From: a virus
Taxonomy: Duplodnaviria; Heunggongvirae; Uroviricota; Caudoviricetes
Virus record (IMG/VR): IMGVR_UViG_3300048813_000140
Coordinates: 50,702 to 114,701 of that record
Length of the DNA stretch: 64,000 bases
Reading direction: 5' to 3' (one strand)
Numbering within the stretch: the first letter of the stretch is position 1; every line of letters starts with the position of its first letter. A program made the translations under genes and the position numbers. This document shows, piece after piece, positions 35,438 through 45,465 of the stretch. The notes under the pieces were generated by a model that was given only the letters and a program-made list of their open reading frames with translations, had not been told where the DNA came from and did not search any database.

Positions 35438-35947
35438 ATGAAAAAAGCACTGATATTTTTTGTAATATTCTTTTTGCCATTTCTATTAGTTTTTCATGGC
35501 GGTTATGGACCAGGAAGAGGTCGTCCAGGTGGACCTGGAATGGGTAGACCTGGCGGAGGCAGACCAGAATACCACGGACATGGACCCGGAAGAGTTGGCA
35601 ATCCCATACGTTTAAATCTTCCTCCGGCACCAGTTGGTGGCTGGAGAGGAAACGGATATTTTTATGGTGGACATAACTACTTTGTGTGGGGATGGGCTCC
35701 ATACGCACCCTTTTACGGATGGTCGTACTATTATGGTTGGCACGTGGGACTCTTTTACTATGTACCAGAAGGCTTAAGATGCTATTCGGACAATCCGGTA
35801 GTTCCGGGTAGTTGGACAGGGAATGAAGCTTATTATTCGTCGGAAGATGCTATAAATTCAGCATTGGGATATTGTGAGAATTTTCCAGACGTCATAAACG
35901 CTAATGCACAATCTCAATGTAGAATCAGGAATTGTGTTAGATTTTAA
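35438..35947 (+). CDS. secreted Gly/Pro/Tyr/Trp-rich low-complexity protein (169 aa)
   Basis: Signal peptide MKKALIFFVIFFLPFLLVF. GRPGGPGMGRPGGGRP repeats. Aromatic-rich WGWAPYAPFYGWSYYYGW. Confidence 0.55.
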   Translation: MKKALIFFVIFFLPFLLVFHGGYGPGRGRPGGPGMGRPGGGRPEYHGHGPGRVGNPIRLNLPPAPVGGWRGNGYFYGGHNYFVWGWAPYAPFYGWSYYYGWHVGLFYYVPEGLRCYSDNPVVPGSWTGNEAYYSSEDAINSALGYCENFPDVINANAQSQCRIRNCVRF

Positions 35948-36468
35948 GCAGATGTTATAGTAGCTGGTAATGCATTTATTACAGGAAATAAATCTGCCGG
36001 TGTCATATTGTTCAGATTAGTGCCAGACAAAGCGGGTACATTTGCGTTTTGTAAGAGTGCGGCCACAAATTGTGAGCAAACATAGGTAGATCCAACATCT
36101 GTAAACGGATTACTTATTAATTTTCCAAATTTTCTATTTAAAAGAACCCAGGCAAGACCAAATGACTCTTCCACTCCGTATGGAACTCCAAGCTTGCTTA
36201 TGGCAAAAGCCTTGAAATCTTTTTGTAATTTATCATCAATCTGAAATGTAAATTTATTAATAATTTGTTCTTGGCTCAACCACTGAGGTTCGCCCATACA
36301 GTTGACCATTGTATGGCTTGCCTGATAATATACCGGTAGACCTGTTTCATCATCAATCATTCTGACTGAAACATGTGAATATGCAGTGTCTTCTCCCCAC
36401 ATAATAGCCCAGGAGAAGGGTGCAAATTTTGCAGTAGATTTAGAGAATACAATTTGTATAGTTTTCAT
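35944..36468 (-). CDS. hypothetical protein (174 aa), last gene of the minus-strand late module; possible His...Cys peptidase-like fold
   Basis: ORF track. Candidate catalytic residues are YSHVSV and TYVCSQFV. Weak. Confidence 0.55.
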   Translation of the reverse strand: MKTIQIVFSKSTAKFAPFSWAIMWGEDTAYSHVSVRMIDDETGLPVYYQASHTMVNCMGEPQWLSQEQIINKFTFQIDDKLQKDFKAFAISKLGVPYGVEESFGLAWVLLNRKFGKLISNPFTDVGSTYVCSQFVAALLQNANVPALSGTNLNNMTPADLFPVINALPATITSA

Positions 36469-37109
36469 TATTTCACCTGGTTCAAGATAAAGTTAATACC
36501 AATTGTTTTGTTAGAGATTGACGTGTATGATATCTTGATTTGCATGTTTTGATATAAAGTTGCCGTGTATGGGGATTCAAAGATATACTCTCCTGCTGGT
36601 AAATTAACAGCATATCCAAATTGATTTAGGACGTAATTAGCATGGCCTGAATATGTGCCGGTGGTAGAGTCTAATACGTAAAGAGATGCTATATCTAACG
36701 CTTCGGATCCAATTATGTGTATTCCACTAATTTCGGATTGAGCATACGGAACAGTGAACAGTATGTCTTGAGCGCCAGTAGTTACCGCTTGCTGCATCCC
36801 AGTAATGGCTACGTAAAGGGCTTTAGTTCCCAATGCATTAGTCGCAAATGCTGGAGCGGCTGGTAGCGTAGTTACGCTTACGGGTTGAACAGTTGTTGTA
36901 GTTAGCGGTAAACCATTATTAGCAGCCACATCAGCATCAACTTGAGTCCAATCCGCCATATCTGATAAGAAAGCAATGGTAAGTTGATCTCCAAGAAGAT
37001 TAGTGTTTGTTAAATCTAAAGCTATTGTTATAGCAGAATCGTGTTGAATTGTTGAGATCATACTGCCGAGATCGCATGGAGATTTTGTATAAACTTTGCT
37101 TAAAGCCAT
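36468..37109 (-). CDS. tail-fibre-associated protein (213 aa)
   Basis: Coupled to the upstream fibre genes. Thr/Ala-rich. Confidence 0.55.
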   Translation of the reverse strand: MALSKVYTKSPCDLGSMISTIQHDSAITIALDLTNTNLLGDQLTIAFLSDMADWTQVDADVAANNGLPLTTTTVQPVSVTTLPAAPAFATNALGTKALYVAITGMQQAVTTGAQDILFTVPYAQSEISGIHIIGSEALDIASLYVLDSTTGTYSGHANYVLNQFGYAVNLPAGEYIFESPYTATLYQNMQIKISYTSISNKTIGINFILNQVK

Positions 37110-37110
37110 A

Positions 37111-37950
37111 TTATGTTCCTAATCTTATCAAAAGAAGACTGCGTGAGTTCACTGTAAGATTTTGCCCACTAGATGAATTAATTCTTACATCAATAGCTTG
37201 ACTTCCAGTTACTTGAGTAATTGTTTGAGTACACATTAAAGCAGGATTTAAGGATTGAACTGGAGAAATTCCTCTAATTGAGTCTGTAACGACTGTTCCT
37301 CCCTTATAAATAGAAACCGTTTCAACGTTTCCAGGACCAGCTTGGGGAGTCCAAGTTCCGTTAACCCAAACAGCATAAGTTCCAGCTTGAGGAGTAACAG
37401 TAAAACCAGTAATCACCACATCTGTAGTAGAAGAAGTAGAAAATCCAGTAGAAGATACCACATTATAGCTGGTTATTCCAGAAGCTGTGTTTAATTGCGT
37501 TTGGTAATACAACCAAGTTCCACCTGCGCTTCCTCCAGCCTGTAAATAGAGAAAACCAAAAGAATCCTGAGCAAGAGTGAAAAGTGTGCCGCCAGAATTA
37601 TCTTGAATTGCCACTATTTGTGTAGATGTATTAGCAATAATGTATTCTGAACCAACCGTAATAGTCAGTGCACTTGGCATTTTAACCGTGAATCCAGCAG
37701 CAGTTCCAGTTAGAATTTGAAAAGTGGTACTGGTAGCACCTTCCGATTGGCCACCAGCTATGGGAGAGGATAAGGTTAACGTACCACTCGCTGTGGTTGC
37801 AGTACTTTGAGCATCATGTATGTCATAGCTTCTAATTTCTTGAAGAGCAGATTGTACATCTGAACCAATAAATCCATCATTCGTAGTGTTATCAAATGGA
37901 GTGGAAGAAGCAACTTGAGTTGAGGCTATATACGCTTTATTTAGAGGCAT
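37111..37950 (-). CDS. putative tail fibre or receptor-binding distal protein (279 aa, Ser/Thr/Gly-rich beta-rich)
   Basis: ORF track. Coupled to (1 nt after) the 593-aa fibre gene. Confidence 0.6.
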   Translation of the reverse strand: MPLNKAYIASTQVASSTPFDNTTNDGFIGSDVQSALQEIRSYDIHDAQSTATTASGTLTLSSPIAGGQSEGATSTTFQILTGTAAGFTVKMPSALTITVGSEYIIANTSTQIVAIQDNSGGTLFTLAQDSFGFLYLQAGGSAGGTWLYYQTQLNTASGITSYNVVSSTGFSTSSTTDVVITGFTVTPQAGTYAVWVNGTWTPQAGPGNVETVSIYKGGTVVTDSIRGISPVQSLNPALMCTQTITQVTGSQAIDVRINSSSGQNLTVNSRSLLLIRLGT

Positions 37951-37951
37951 A

Positions 37952-39733
37952 CTATGAACCCTCTGTTATTCTAGAATCAGTCGTAGCCGCAGCTATCAGC
38001 CATACGTGAACATTGGCACCAATTGCAAAACTAACAGTTTGATTTTTAAAAATTGGAGTTCCTGTAGTGGTAGTAACAGCGTTTGAAAAACCCCAATAAA
38101 TAGTTCCATTCGTTGGAGTTATCGTTAGTGATTTTCTGTTAGCTAAAATTGTTGCTGCACCCAACGCTTCAGCAGCTGTAGTGGTGACCGACTGTGCTCT
38201 ATACTGTCCTGCTGTATTAATTATATCTGCTGTTCTTAGGTCTCCATCAATCGTAAGAGATAGTGAATCGGTTTGTCCAGTTGTATATGCTGGAGGATTC
38301 GTTGTCACAGCGCCAAGGGTTAAACTTCCAGCTTGCCCAGAAGTAGTACTTCCTTGAGCCAAAGCGGTGGGAGATATTATTAGACGACCTGAAGAGTCAA
38401 CTTGTAAACCGACCTGTTGACCATTAGTTAACGTTGGCAATGTGGTATTGTAAATACCACCTGCAAGGTTAGAACTTGTACCAGCTGCACCGCCAGTAAC
38501 AGAACCAATTGGATTATCAATCAATTGTAAGGATGTAATTTCCGTAGATTGATTTGCGGAAGTCGCAGCGCCTGTTGGAAGAGAGATTGTGCCAGAAATA
38601 TTATTAATATTAAAATTATCTACACCAGTAGCAACTATTAAAGCGCCGCGTGCCGTAGACTGAGCTTCAACCGTTTGACCAGTAGTTACGGTAGGTTGAG
38701 TTGTATTGAACACTCCACCAATCTGAACTGGATTACCAGCTTTTGAAGCTCCACTTGCAGAATCGCCTTGAATGGTCCAAGGTGGAGTTCCTTGTTGAAC
38801 AGTCCATGTGCCAGATTGTGTTGCGGCTACAGTGCCAGATACAGGTTGGGTAGTTTGCCAGAATGTGCCAGATACAGGTTGAGTAGTTTGCCAAAAAGTT
38901 CCAGTGACCGGAATAGCAGCTTGATTTGTGGCGATGACTACCCGTAGAGTTTGAGCACTCGAATTGCCTGCCGCAAAATCAGCAGCACCTGTAGCATTAC
39001 CGATTTGGGATGCAGTGCGTAAAGTATTTACACCAACGGTACCGTAGTTATGATCTTCAGCTAATATGCCTTGAGTTGTAGGAGCAATAATTAAACGACC
39101 ACTTGCGTCCAACTGAATAGCTGATTGTTGGCCCGTGGTTAATGTCGGAAGAGCCGTATTAAATTGACCACCGGCAAGCTGTGAAAAGCTGGCGACAGTG
39201 CCAGGAGTAACAGGACCATCTGATTGATCCTTTGTGACCCATGGCGAAGTACCCTGATTTGCCGTAACGGTACCCGATACTGGCTGTGTTGTTTGCCAAA
39301 ACGTTCCCGTAACCGCAACAGGGTTAGTGATCGAGGTTAGCGTACCTATATTCCAAGTGCCAGATTGTACCGCAGAAACTGAATCAGTTCCTGAAGCCAA
39401 AGTCCAAGTACGTCCAGTGGTCCAAGTACCGCTTTGTGCTGCTGATACTACATCTGCAGAAGTAAGAGGTCTAATAATTAAACGACCGCTTGAATCTACT
39501 TGAATGGCCGATTGTTGTGTGTTTGTTAAAGTAGGCAGTGCAGTGTTGAATTGGCCACCAATCAAATTGGAAGCGGCGGCCACCGCACCAGGAGTAACAG
39601 GTCCGTTGGAATACGGCTTAACTAGCATATTCCCATTAGCGTCCGCACTAACATAATTGACGCTATCGCCCGTAGAATCTTGGCCGACTATCTTAGTTTC
39701 GGCTGTTCTGTCAATATAATTTTGATCTGCCAT
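37952..39733 (-). CDS. tail fibre protein (593 aa) with internal repeats about 30 aa long
   Basis: The repeat 'GGQFNTALPTLT(N/T)xQQSAIQ(V/L)D(S/A)SGRLII' occurs twice. The modules 'LRTASQIGNATGAADF' and 'TGTFWQTTQPVSGT' are shared with the adjacent 455-aa fibre. Confidence 0.75.
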   Translation of the reverse strand: MADQNYIDRTAETKIVGQDSTGDSVNYVSADANGNMLVKPYSNGPVTPGAVAAASNLIGGQFNTALPTLTNTQQSAIQVDSSGRLIIRPLTSADVVSAAQSGTWTTGRTWTLASGTDSVSAVQSGTWNIGTLTSITNPVAVTGTFWQTTQPVSGTVTANQGTSPWVTKDQSDGPVTPGTVASFSQLAGGQFNTALPTLTTGQQSAIQLDASGRLIIAPTTQGILAEDHNYGTVGVNTLRTASQIGNATGAADFAAGNSSAQTLRVVIATNQAAIPVTGTFWQTTQPVSGTFWQTTQPVSGTVAATQSGTWTVQQGTPPWTIQGDSASGASKAGNPVQIGGVFNTTQPTVTTGQTVEAQSTARGALIVATGVDNFNINNISGTISLPTGAATSANQSTEITSLQLIDNPIGSVTGGAAGTSSNLAGGIYNTTLPTLTNGQQVGLQVDSSGRLIISPTALAQGSTTSGQAGSLTLGAVTTNPPAYTTGQTDSLSLTIDGDLRTADIINTAGQYRAQSVTTTAAEALGAATILANRKSLTITPTNGTIYWGFSNAVTTTTGTPIFKNQTVSFAIGANVHVWLIAAATTDSRITEGS

Positions 39734-39815
39734 ATCGTTTTATATCACATTTCACAAAAAAGGCCATGTCTTTTTAGAACATGGCCTGATTATTATTTCT
39801 AATTGATTAATAGAA

Positions 39816-41183
39816 TTAGACTTCAGTTCCACTTATGGTAGAATACAGATCCATTGGTTTTTTGTCTAAATTTGTGCAAATAACTCTGATTTTGGCACCA
39901 GTTCCTGATTCCAGGAATACCATTTCGTCAAGTTGAATATCGATGTTTGGGGTAGCGGTACTATTAAATCCAACCCATTTTGAGGTAAACGTTGTTCCAT
40001 CTGGAGAAATTTGAACTTCGATTTTCATTAAACCTGAAGCAGATGCCCAGATCATTTTCCCTTGAAACGTCTTGCTGGTAGTTATCGTATAGTCATGATT
40101 GTCAGTGGCGCCAGCAGCTATTGCGGTAGCGTCTTTGTAATCATTTACTGGAGTGCCCAATGGAGCATTTGAAAAAGAAACGGGAATTGGGTTAGTACTA
40201 GAAACGTTAGCGCCAGCAACAGCCAAGTTAGCGGCGACTCTTAGGGTCTGAGCATCAGTAGCACCATTGTTGAAATCAGCAGCGCCGGTAGCGTTACCAA
40301 TCTGCGAAGCAGTGCGTAATGTATTTGAGCCGACAGTACCATAGTTATGATCTTCAGAAAGACCGACAGTCCAAGTACCAGATTGGGTAGCGGCGACGGT
40401 CCAAGATCCAGATTGGGTAGCAGCAACAGTTCCAGAGATGACCCAAGGAGAAGTACCTTGATTGACAGAACCGATAACATTCGTACCAGCAGGAAGAGCA
40501 GATGCTACCGTGACATTAAGAGCACCAGCAGCAGTTACGGTGGCATTATTAGTGCCATCTGTAATTTCTGTAAACCATGCATTGGCATTGGTATTTGGAG
40601 CGCCTTGGTTAGCAACAACTCTTAAGGTCTGAGCGCTAGTTGCGCCAGCATTAAAGTCTGCAGCGCCAGTAGCATTACCAATCTGCGAAGCAGTGCGTAA
40701 AGTTTGGGCACCAACTGCGCCGTAGTTAAAGTCTGCAGCACCAGTGGCATTACCTATTTGTGAGGCAGTTCTTAATGTACTTGCACCTACAACGCCGTAG
40801 TTTTCGTCGTATGAAAGGGTCGTAGTAGTTAAAATTCTACCATGAGAATCAACCTGAATCGCCGATTGTTGACCAGTAGTCAGGGTAGGCAGGGTCGAAT
40901 TGTATTGACCGCCGATTAACTCCGAAAAGCTAGCAGCCGTACCTGGAGATACAGGACCAGCAGATTGATCATTAACTTGTAGAGCTTGAACGCCACCGTT
41001 CGCTACAGTAGTGACCGCGTTGCCAGAAGCATCCGCAATCACACTATATTGACTACCGTGAGTGTCAACTTTGGCTACTTGTGATGGTGTAGTTCCATCG
41101 CCTAATTTAACAATTACGTCGTCGTAATTTGCTTGCCCAGGTAACTGGGTTCTAATTGGTAGTTCACTTGAAATATCACTCAC
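39816..41183 (-). CDS. tail fibre protein (455 aa) sharing repeat modules with 37952-39733
   Basis: 'TLRTASQIGNATGAADFN' occurs three times, and 'IGGQYNSTLPTLTTGQQSAIQVDSHGRIL' once. Confidence 0.75.
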   Translation of the reverse strand: MSDISSELPIRTQLPGQANYDDVIVKLGDGTTPSQVAKVDTHGSQYSVIADASGNAVTTVANGGVQALQVNDQSAGPVSPGTAASFSELIGGQYNSTLPTLTTGQQSAIQVDSHGRILTTTTLSYDENYGVVGASTLRTASQIGNATGAADFNYGAVGAQTLRTASQIGNATGAADFNAGATSAQTLRVVANQGAPNTNANAWFTEITDGTNNATVTAAGALNVTVASALPAGTNVIGSVNQGTSPWVISGTVAATQSGSWTVAATQSGTWTVGLSEDHNYGTVGSNTLRTASQIGNATGAADFNNGATDAQTLRVAANLAVAGANVSSTNPIPVSFSNAPLGTPVNDYKDATAIAAGATDNHDYTITTSKTFQGKMIWASASGLMKIEVQISPDGTTFTSKWVGFNSTATPNIDIQLDEMVFLESGTGAKIRVICTNLDKKPMDLYSTISGTEV

Positions 41184-41201
41184 GTTTAAATCTCCTTAAA
41201 A

Positions 41202-41396
41202 TTATTTAGTTTCTTTTTCCATATCTTGAATTAATTGCGTTAATTCTTGTTCTTTAGCCTCAGAGACTTTTATGTGCTCCAATACTCTATCGATCTCTTC
41301 TTGTCTTTCATGCACGCGAAGCTCTAATTCGGCTTTAGCGGAAGAAACTCTTAAAAGTTCCACTTTTTTACGTTTGATATCCAATTGTGATGCCAT
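41202..41396 (-). CDS. small coiled-coil protein (64 aa)
   Basis: ORF track. Heptad K/E pattern. Confidence 0.45.
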   Translation of the reverse strand: MASQLDIKRKKVELLRVSSAKAELELRVHERQEEIDRVLEHIKVSEAKEQELTQLIQDMEKETK

Positions 41397-41449
41397 GTGT
41401 TACCTCTTTGGGTTAAAGATTAGGTCTATCATAGTTCTGCCATATAAAA

Positions 41450-42355
41450 CTAGATAATTTCAAGTACTTGGATGCGCCCGTCGAATGTCCCGACAAAGGG
41501 TCTGCTATGTAGCACCTTAATCGATATGGTATCTCCAGAATTTAAGACAAATCCAGCATTTGTACCTGTCGTATACTCAAAACCTGCATTAAAATCGCTA
41601 TACCAAGTTCTTTTGGTGTCGAATGGGGCACCATTCAAAAATACGTCATATCTGGCAAAATTGTCACCAGAAACCACTGCTCTTTGTAAAATAGCCGTAT
41701 AAGAAGGAGGAACAGTGTAAAACGTTATCTGGGTCTGTACTCCAGAGGCGACATTCGTGATTTCATTGTAGATGCTTTTTACGGTTTGCCCAGAAATTGG
41801 TGTTTCGACCACATTTACGTTTATTGAGCCGTCCGCATTGACGTTTAAATCGAATCCGCTTGGAGATCCTTGTACCGTGACTGTCCCAAGTGATATGGTG
41901 CCTTCAAGAGCTACCGGTAGGGGATTGGTCGGACTGTAAAAATTACCATACTGATCAACCCCAGTAGTGCGCAGGGCTACCGTAGGCTCTTGCTCATATA
42001 CGGCAACTATGATATCTTCTGGTTTTAATTGAGATTTTGGCTGTTCACCAGCATATATAAAAGCCCCCGCCGCAACTGTATAGGCCGATATATCAATACG
42101 TCTAGATAGGAGTTGGGCACCCTCTTGTCTTTGTGGAGGCTGTAGAGAGGCGGGAATCGGACCAACTATAAGTTGACCAGGGGAAACTACTCTTTTGACT
42201 TGTACTTGTAGGTCGGGCAATCCTGTGGCGGATAAGACAACGCTCTGTTTTACTTTAAAACCAGCCGTGTTTGAAATATTTACAACGCCTTGCGCGTTGC
42301 CATTTGTAGTGAGTGCTTGTGGCGCTACTGCCAACCAAGTGCGTTCTACGGCCAT
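41450..42355 (-). CDS. tail structural protein (301 aa)
   Basis: ORF track. Downstream of the tube candidate. Confidence 0.6.
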   Translation of the reverse strand: MAVERTWLAVAPQALTTNGNAQGVVNISNTAGFKVKQSVVLSATGLPDLQVQVKRVVSPGQLIVGPIPASLQPPQRQEGAQLLSRRIDISAYTVAAGAFIYAGEQPKSQLKPEDIIVAVYEQEPTVALRTTGVDQYGNFYSPTNPLPVALEGTISLGTVTVQGSPSGFDLNVNADGSINVNVVETPISGQTVKSIYNEITNVASGVQTQITFYTVPPSYTAILQRAVVSGDNFARYDVFLNGAPFDTKRTWYSDFNAGFEYTTGTNAGFVLNSGDTISIKVLHSRPFVGTFDGRIQVLEII

Positions 42356-42466
42356 TTAACCATACCCTTGCCTAAAGCTTACCCATGTAAGCTATACTAA
42401 GATTCAGGCGCAAAACGAAAAAAGGCCGCACAAAGCAGCCTTTTCATTAAAAATTTACGAAAGTGA

Positions 42467-42988
42467 TTATGGCAGGGTTGCCGCTCCAGAACCTTCGCCG
42501 TCAACAGGATTACTTTCATCCGTAAGCATAGTGCCTTTGTATGAAATATTTACCTTGCTGGTTGCGCGAGAATTGAAGTTCTCATTATTGTTTTCCGGTA
42601 CGCAGTTGATGATGGTAGCCAACGGGTTATTATTGGTATTAGCAGCCTGACCAGGATTATACACAGGAGGAGTCGTACTCGTAGCGGGTGCAGTAGCTTC
42701 CCTGTCCACTATAGTGATAGTGAAAGGTTGGAAGGTCAATAATTCGCCAACTAATGGAAACGAACCACCTTTTAGCGTTTTTGCGCCAGCTCCAGCCACT
42801 CTAAATCCAGTACAGTTTACGGTAACAGAATTATAACTAGTGATAGCTATTTCTTGAGGACCATAAGCTCCAAGAATATGAATGTCTTCGGTACCAAGTG
42901 ACTCCGTAACGGTAGCTGAATCGAAAATCCCGATCAACTGTCCATTTACGTAGCACATTGCGCGTCCGCCTACTATAACTTTTGACAT
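42467..42988 (-). CDS. tail tube protein candidate (173 aa)
   Basis: A small beta-rich protein immediately downstream of the sheath candidate, the canonical sheath-tube order. Confidence 0.55.
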   Translation of the reverse strand: MSKVIVGGRAMCYVNGQLIGIFDSATVTESLGTEDIHILGAYGPQEIAITSYNSVTVNCTGFRVAGAGAKTLKGGSFPLVGELLTFQPFTITIVDREATAPATSTTPPVYNPGQAANTNNNPLATIINCVPENNNENFNSRATSKVNISYKGTMLTDESNPVDGEGSGAATLP

Positions 42989-43014
42989 ATTAAATTCTCC
43001 CTATATTCCTAAGA

Positions 43015-45165
43015 TTACGCTGATTGCTGAACAGCTGAAATGCTGATACTGATTGGTATGAAGTAAATAGCGGTTGCTAATTTAATTTCAACTGCTACGG
43101 TCATAGTAGGAGCAGAAATTGTAATTTTTCCATTTTTCCATCCTGCAGGCGCATCACTCGAAGCGGCGATAAGTTTTAAATTCTTATAACCACTCATTTT
43201 TTGAGCCAAGAAGCTTAAACCGTCAGCAGCATTTACGTCGGCCAAAGATTTACCAACGAAAGCGGACTGGAAGCTAGCAGCCAAATCCAAAGAAAGGATG
43301 TCTGAGTCATAAACAGCTTGAATGCTGTTATAGACGAAGTTACTGTCAAATCCATAAGTTGTTTGATCGCTTACCCACAAATTTCCACCAGGGATTTGGG
43401 TCAGGATCAAAAGACCTGCATTTAGTGCATCTTCAACATCGCCAGGATCGCCAGAGCTAAATCCAGAAGGATCGGTGAAAGTAGTTACATTGGCAAGTTT
43501 GTTACAGATTGACTGATAAAATCCACCAGCTTGCATACCGGCAGCAACCACTGCGGTGTACCAGGGCATAAAGCTAGTAATGACACCAAGAGAGTTTTCT
43601 TGGGTTGATTGTTGGATAGCCAAAGAGCATCTGTAATTCGACAAGCCTTGAGAAGCCGATTTTGCGTTCGCATAAGTTCCCCAGAAAGACATGACACCAA
43701 TTCGATTACGTTTGAGTTTAGGAGTACTGTAAGCGATACAATGATTTTTAAGACCCGTATTCACAGCTGCGATAGTATAAGTAGAGCTAGGATCGGTAAG
43801 TCCCAAAGCAATATCGGCAGTAGCATCTTCAGAGAAGAGAGGAACTATGATATTTGTTTGGATAGCGCCCAAAGAGTCGATTACGTTCAAAACGTCCACA
43901 GCAGCTGTACCGCCTTGTGATCCGCCAGCTAAGAAAGCTGGAGCAGACATAGGAGCGGGAAGTCCTGAGGTAGCACTTGGCGTAAACGAAACAGCCGCAG
44001 TGCTCAAGTTTTGGTTAAATTGATATAGAGCATCTTTAATTCTGCCAGGCATCAAACTAGCAGCGGTAGAGGCGATCCCAATTGCCGTGACAGCATCCAA
44101 CGAACTAGTTGGCAAGTTGTTAGCGGAAGGAGCAGAAACAGCGGTATATCCAGTTTGAGAATCAATAAAAGCGGCCAAAGTAGCAATAGTCGTGTATTGA
44201 CTGATTGGTATCGACAGAGCTGCGCCAGATCCGCCAGTTACGACAGTAGTGAGCATCCCAGTAGCTTGATTGATAGTAAGAGTGGCAGTAGTACCCTGAT
44301 AACCTACGCTTAATACGATTACGGGAGTAACATCCAGTGTTTGGTTTACGTTATTTTGAGTGTTACTCAAAGAGAATTCAATTTCAGGTTCTTGCGAAGA
44401 TACGGTAATTCCAGCGACCAAAGCTAAGGAAGCCAAATCACCAGGAGTAGAATCGACCAATTCGAAAGATTTGCCCCAACCTTTTGCGTAAGCCAAGGCG
44501 TCTGGAGACATAGTTAAGGTGAAACTTGCAGTAGGATTGCTTAAGCTAGCTGTGGCTACGATACCAGCAGGAAGAACTGTGTTGAGTTCGACGACTAAGG
44601 TAGCGATGCTGTTGTGTAATGCAGGGGTAGCACTCAAGGTTACGACGGTAGCGGCAAGGCCGTTCAGTCGTATTGTAAAACTTGCAGAATTCAAAGGAGC
44701 GCCAAATGCAGGAACTACTCCGCTTGTTACCGTAGGAGCTACTTCAGCAGCTAGCGACGTGATTTGAGTCATGTAGCTATTACCTTGAACTCCATAGTTT
44801 CTATCTTGCAACAGACCATAACTAGCCAAGGTAAACGAAGCTTGAGGGCTTGTATTGGTTTTGGAGATGTAGATGAAATTGGCCGTAGCTTGAATCGCAG
44901 GATCATTAGAAGGATCAGAAAGAGCGCTAAAAGCATCAACGATAGGTCCGCTGATATACAGCTGTTTTACTTTATCCAATTGACTTGGAGTAAATACGTT
45001 GTTAGCTAATACGGTTTGCGTATAGCTAGGTCCGCCAGTGGCTTCACCAAATATGGTGATAATGCCGGAAGAACCCAACCCAATAGGTTGACTTTGTACC
45101 GTCACGTCAGGATAAGCACCAGGGATATTCGTTTGTACGAAATCGGTTACTAATTGTTGTGCCAT
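43015..45165 (-). CDS. contractile tail sheath protein candidate (716 aa)
   Basis: The N-terminus 'NIPGAYPDVTVQSQPIGLGSSGIITIFGEATGGP' follows the sheath N-terminal pattern (xPGxYxxExxxSxxxxxxGxxxxAxxGxAxxGP, cf. T4 gp18). Its size, and the tube-sized gene that follows, support the call. Confidence 0.65.
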   Translation of the reverse strand: MAQQLVTDFVQTNIPGAYPDVTVQSQPIGLGSSGIITIFGEATGGPSYTQTVLANNVFTPSQLDKVKQLYISGPIVDAFSALSDPSNDPAIQATANFIYISKTNTSPQASFTLASYGLLQDRNYGVQGNSYMTQITSLAAEVAPTVTSGVVPAFGAPLNSASFTIRLNGLAATVVTLSATPALHNSIATLVVELNTVLPAGIVATASLSNPTASFTLTMSPDALAYAKGWGKSFELVDSTPGDLASLALVAGITVSSQEPEIEFSLSNTQNNVNQTLDVTPVIVLSVGYQGTTATLTINQATGMLTTVVTGGSGAALSIPISQYTTIATLAAFIDSQTGYTAVSAPSANNLPTSSLDAVTAIGIASTAASLMPGRIKDALYQFNQNLSTAAVSFTPSATSGLPAPMSAPAFLAGGSQGGTAAVDVLNVIDSLGAIQTNIIVPLFSEDATADIALGLTDPSSTYTIAAVNTGLKNHCIAYSTPKLKRNRIGVMSFWGTYANAKSASQGLSNYRCSLAIQQSTQENSLGVITSFMPWYTAVVAAGMQAGGFYQSICNKLANVTTFTDPSGFSSGDPGDVEDALNAGLLILTQIPGGNLWVSDQTTYGFDSNFVYNSIQAVYDSDILSLDLAASFQSAFVGKSLADVNAADGLSFLAQKMSGYKNLKLIAASSDAPAGWKNGKITISAPTMTVAVEIKLATAIYFIPISISISAVQQSA

Positions 45166-45184
45166 ATTTTAAGCTCCTTAATTA

Positions 45185-45463
45185 TTAAATTTCTTTTAGT
45201 CCGAAGTGTTTTATTCCAGACTCAAATTTTTCTGGTTCATCCATCTTTACGGCCTTCAGGTGCAACCACAAGATTGGTTCAATGTCTTTGGACTTTCCAT
45301 ACTTTTTTCTGTTTTGAGTCCAAAATACCCTAAATAGTTCTCTTTTTTCTTTATCAGATAACGTTTTTACGGGTGGAACGTACAATGAGGCCCGAAAAGC
45401 TTTCGACTCTTCTGCTGTCATCTCTTTGTCTTCCATGTTTTCCACTCTTTCTTTTTTAGCCAT
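45185..45463 (-). CDS. hypothetical protein (92 aa)
   Basis: ORF track. Confidence 0.5.
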   Translation of the reverse strand: MAKKERVENMEDKEMTAEESKAFRASLYVPPVKTLSDKEKRELFRVFWTQNRKKYGKSKDIEPILWLHLKAVKMDEPEKFESGIKHFGLKEI

Positions 45464-45465
45464 AA

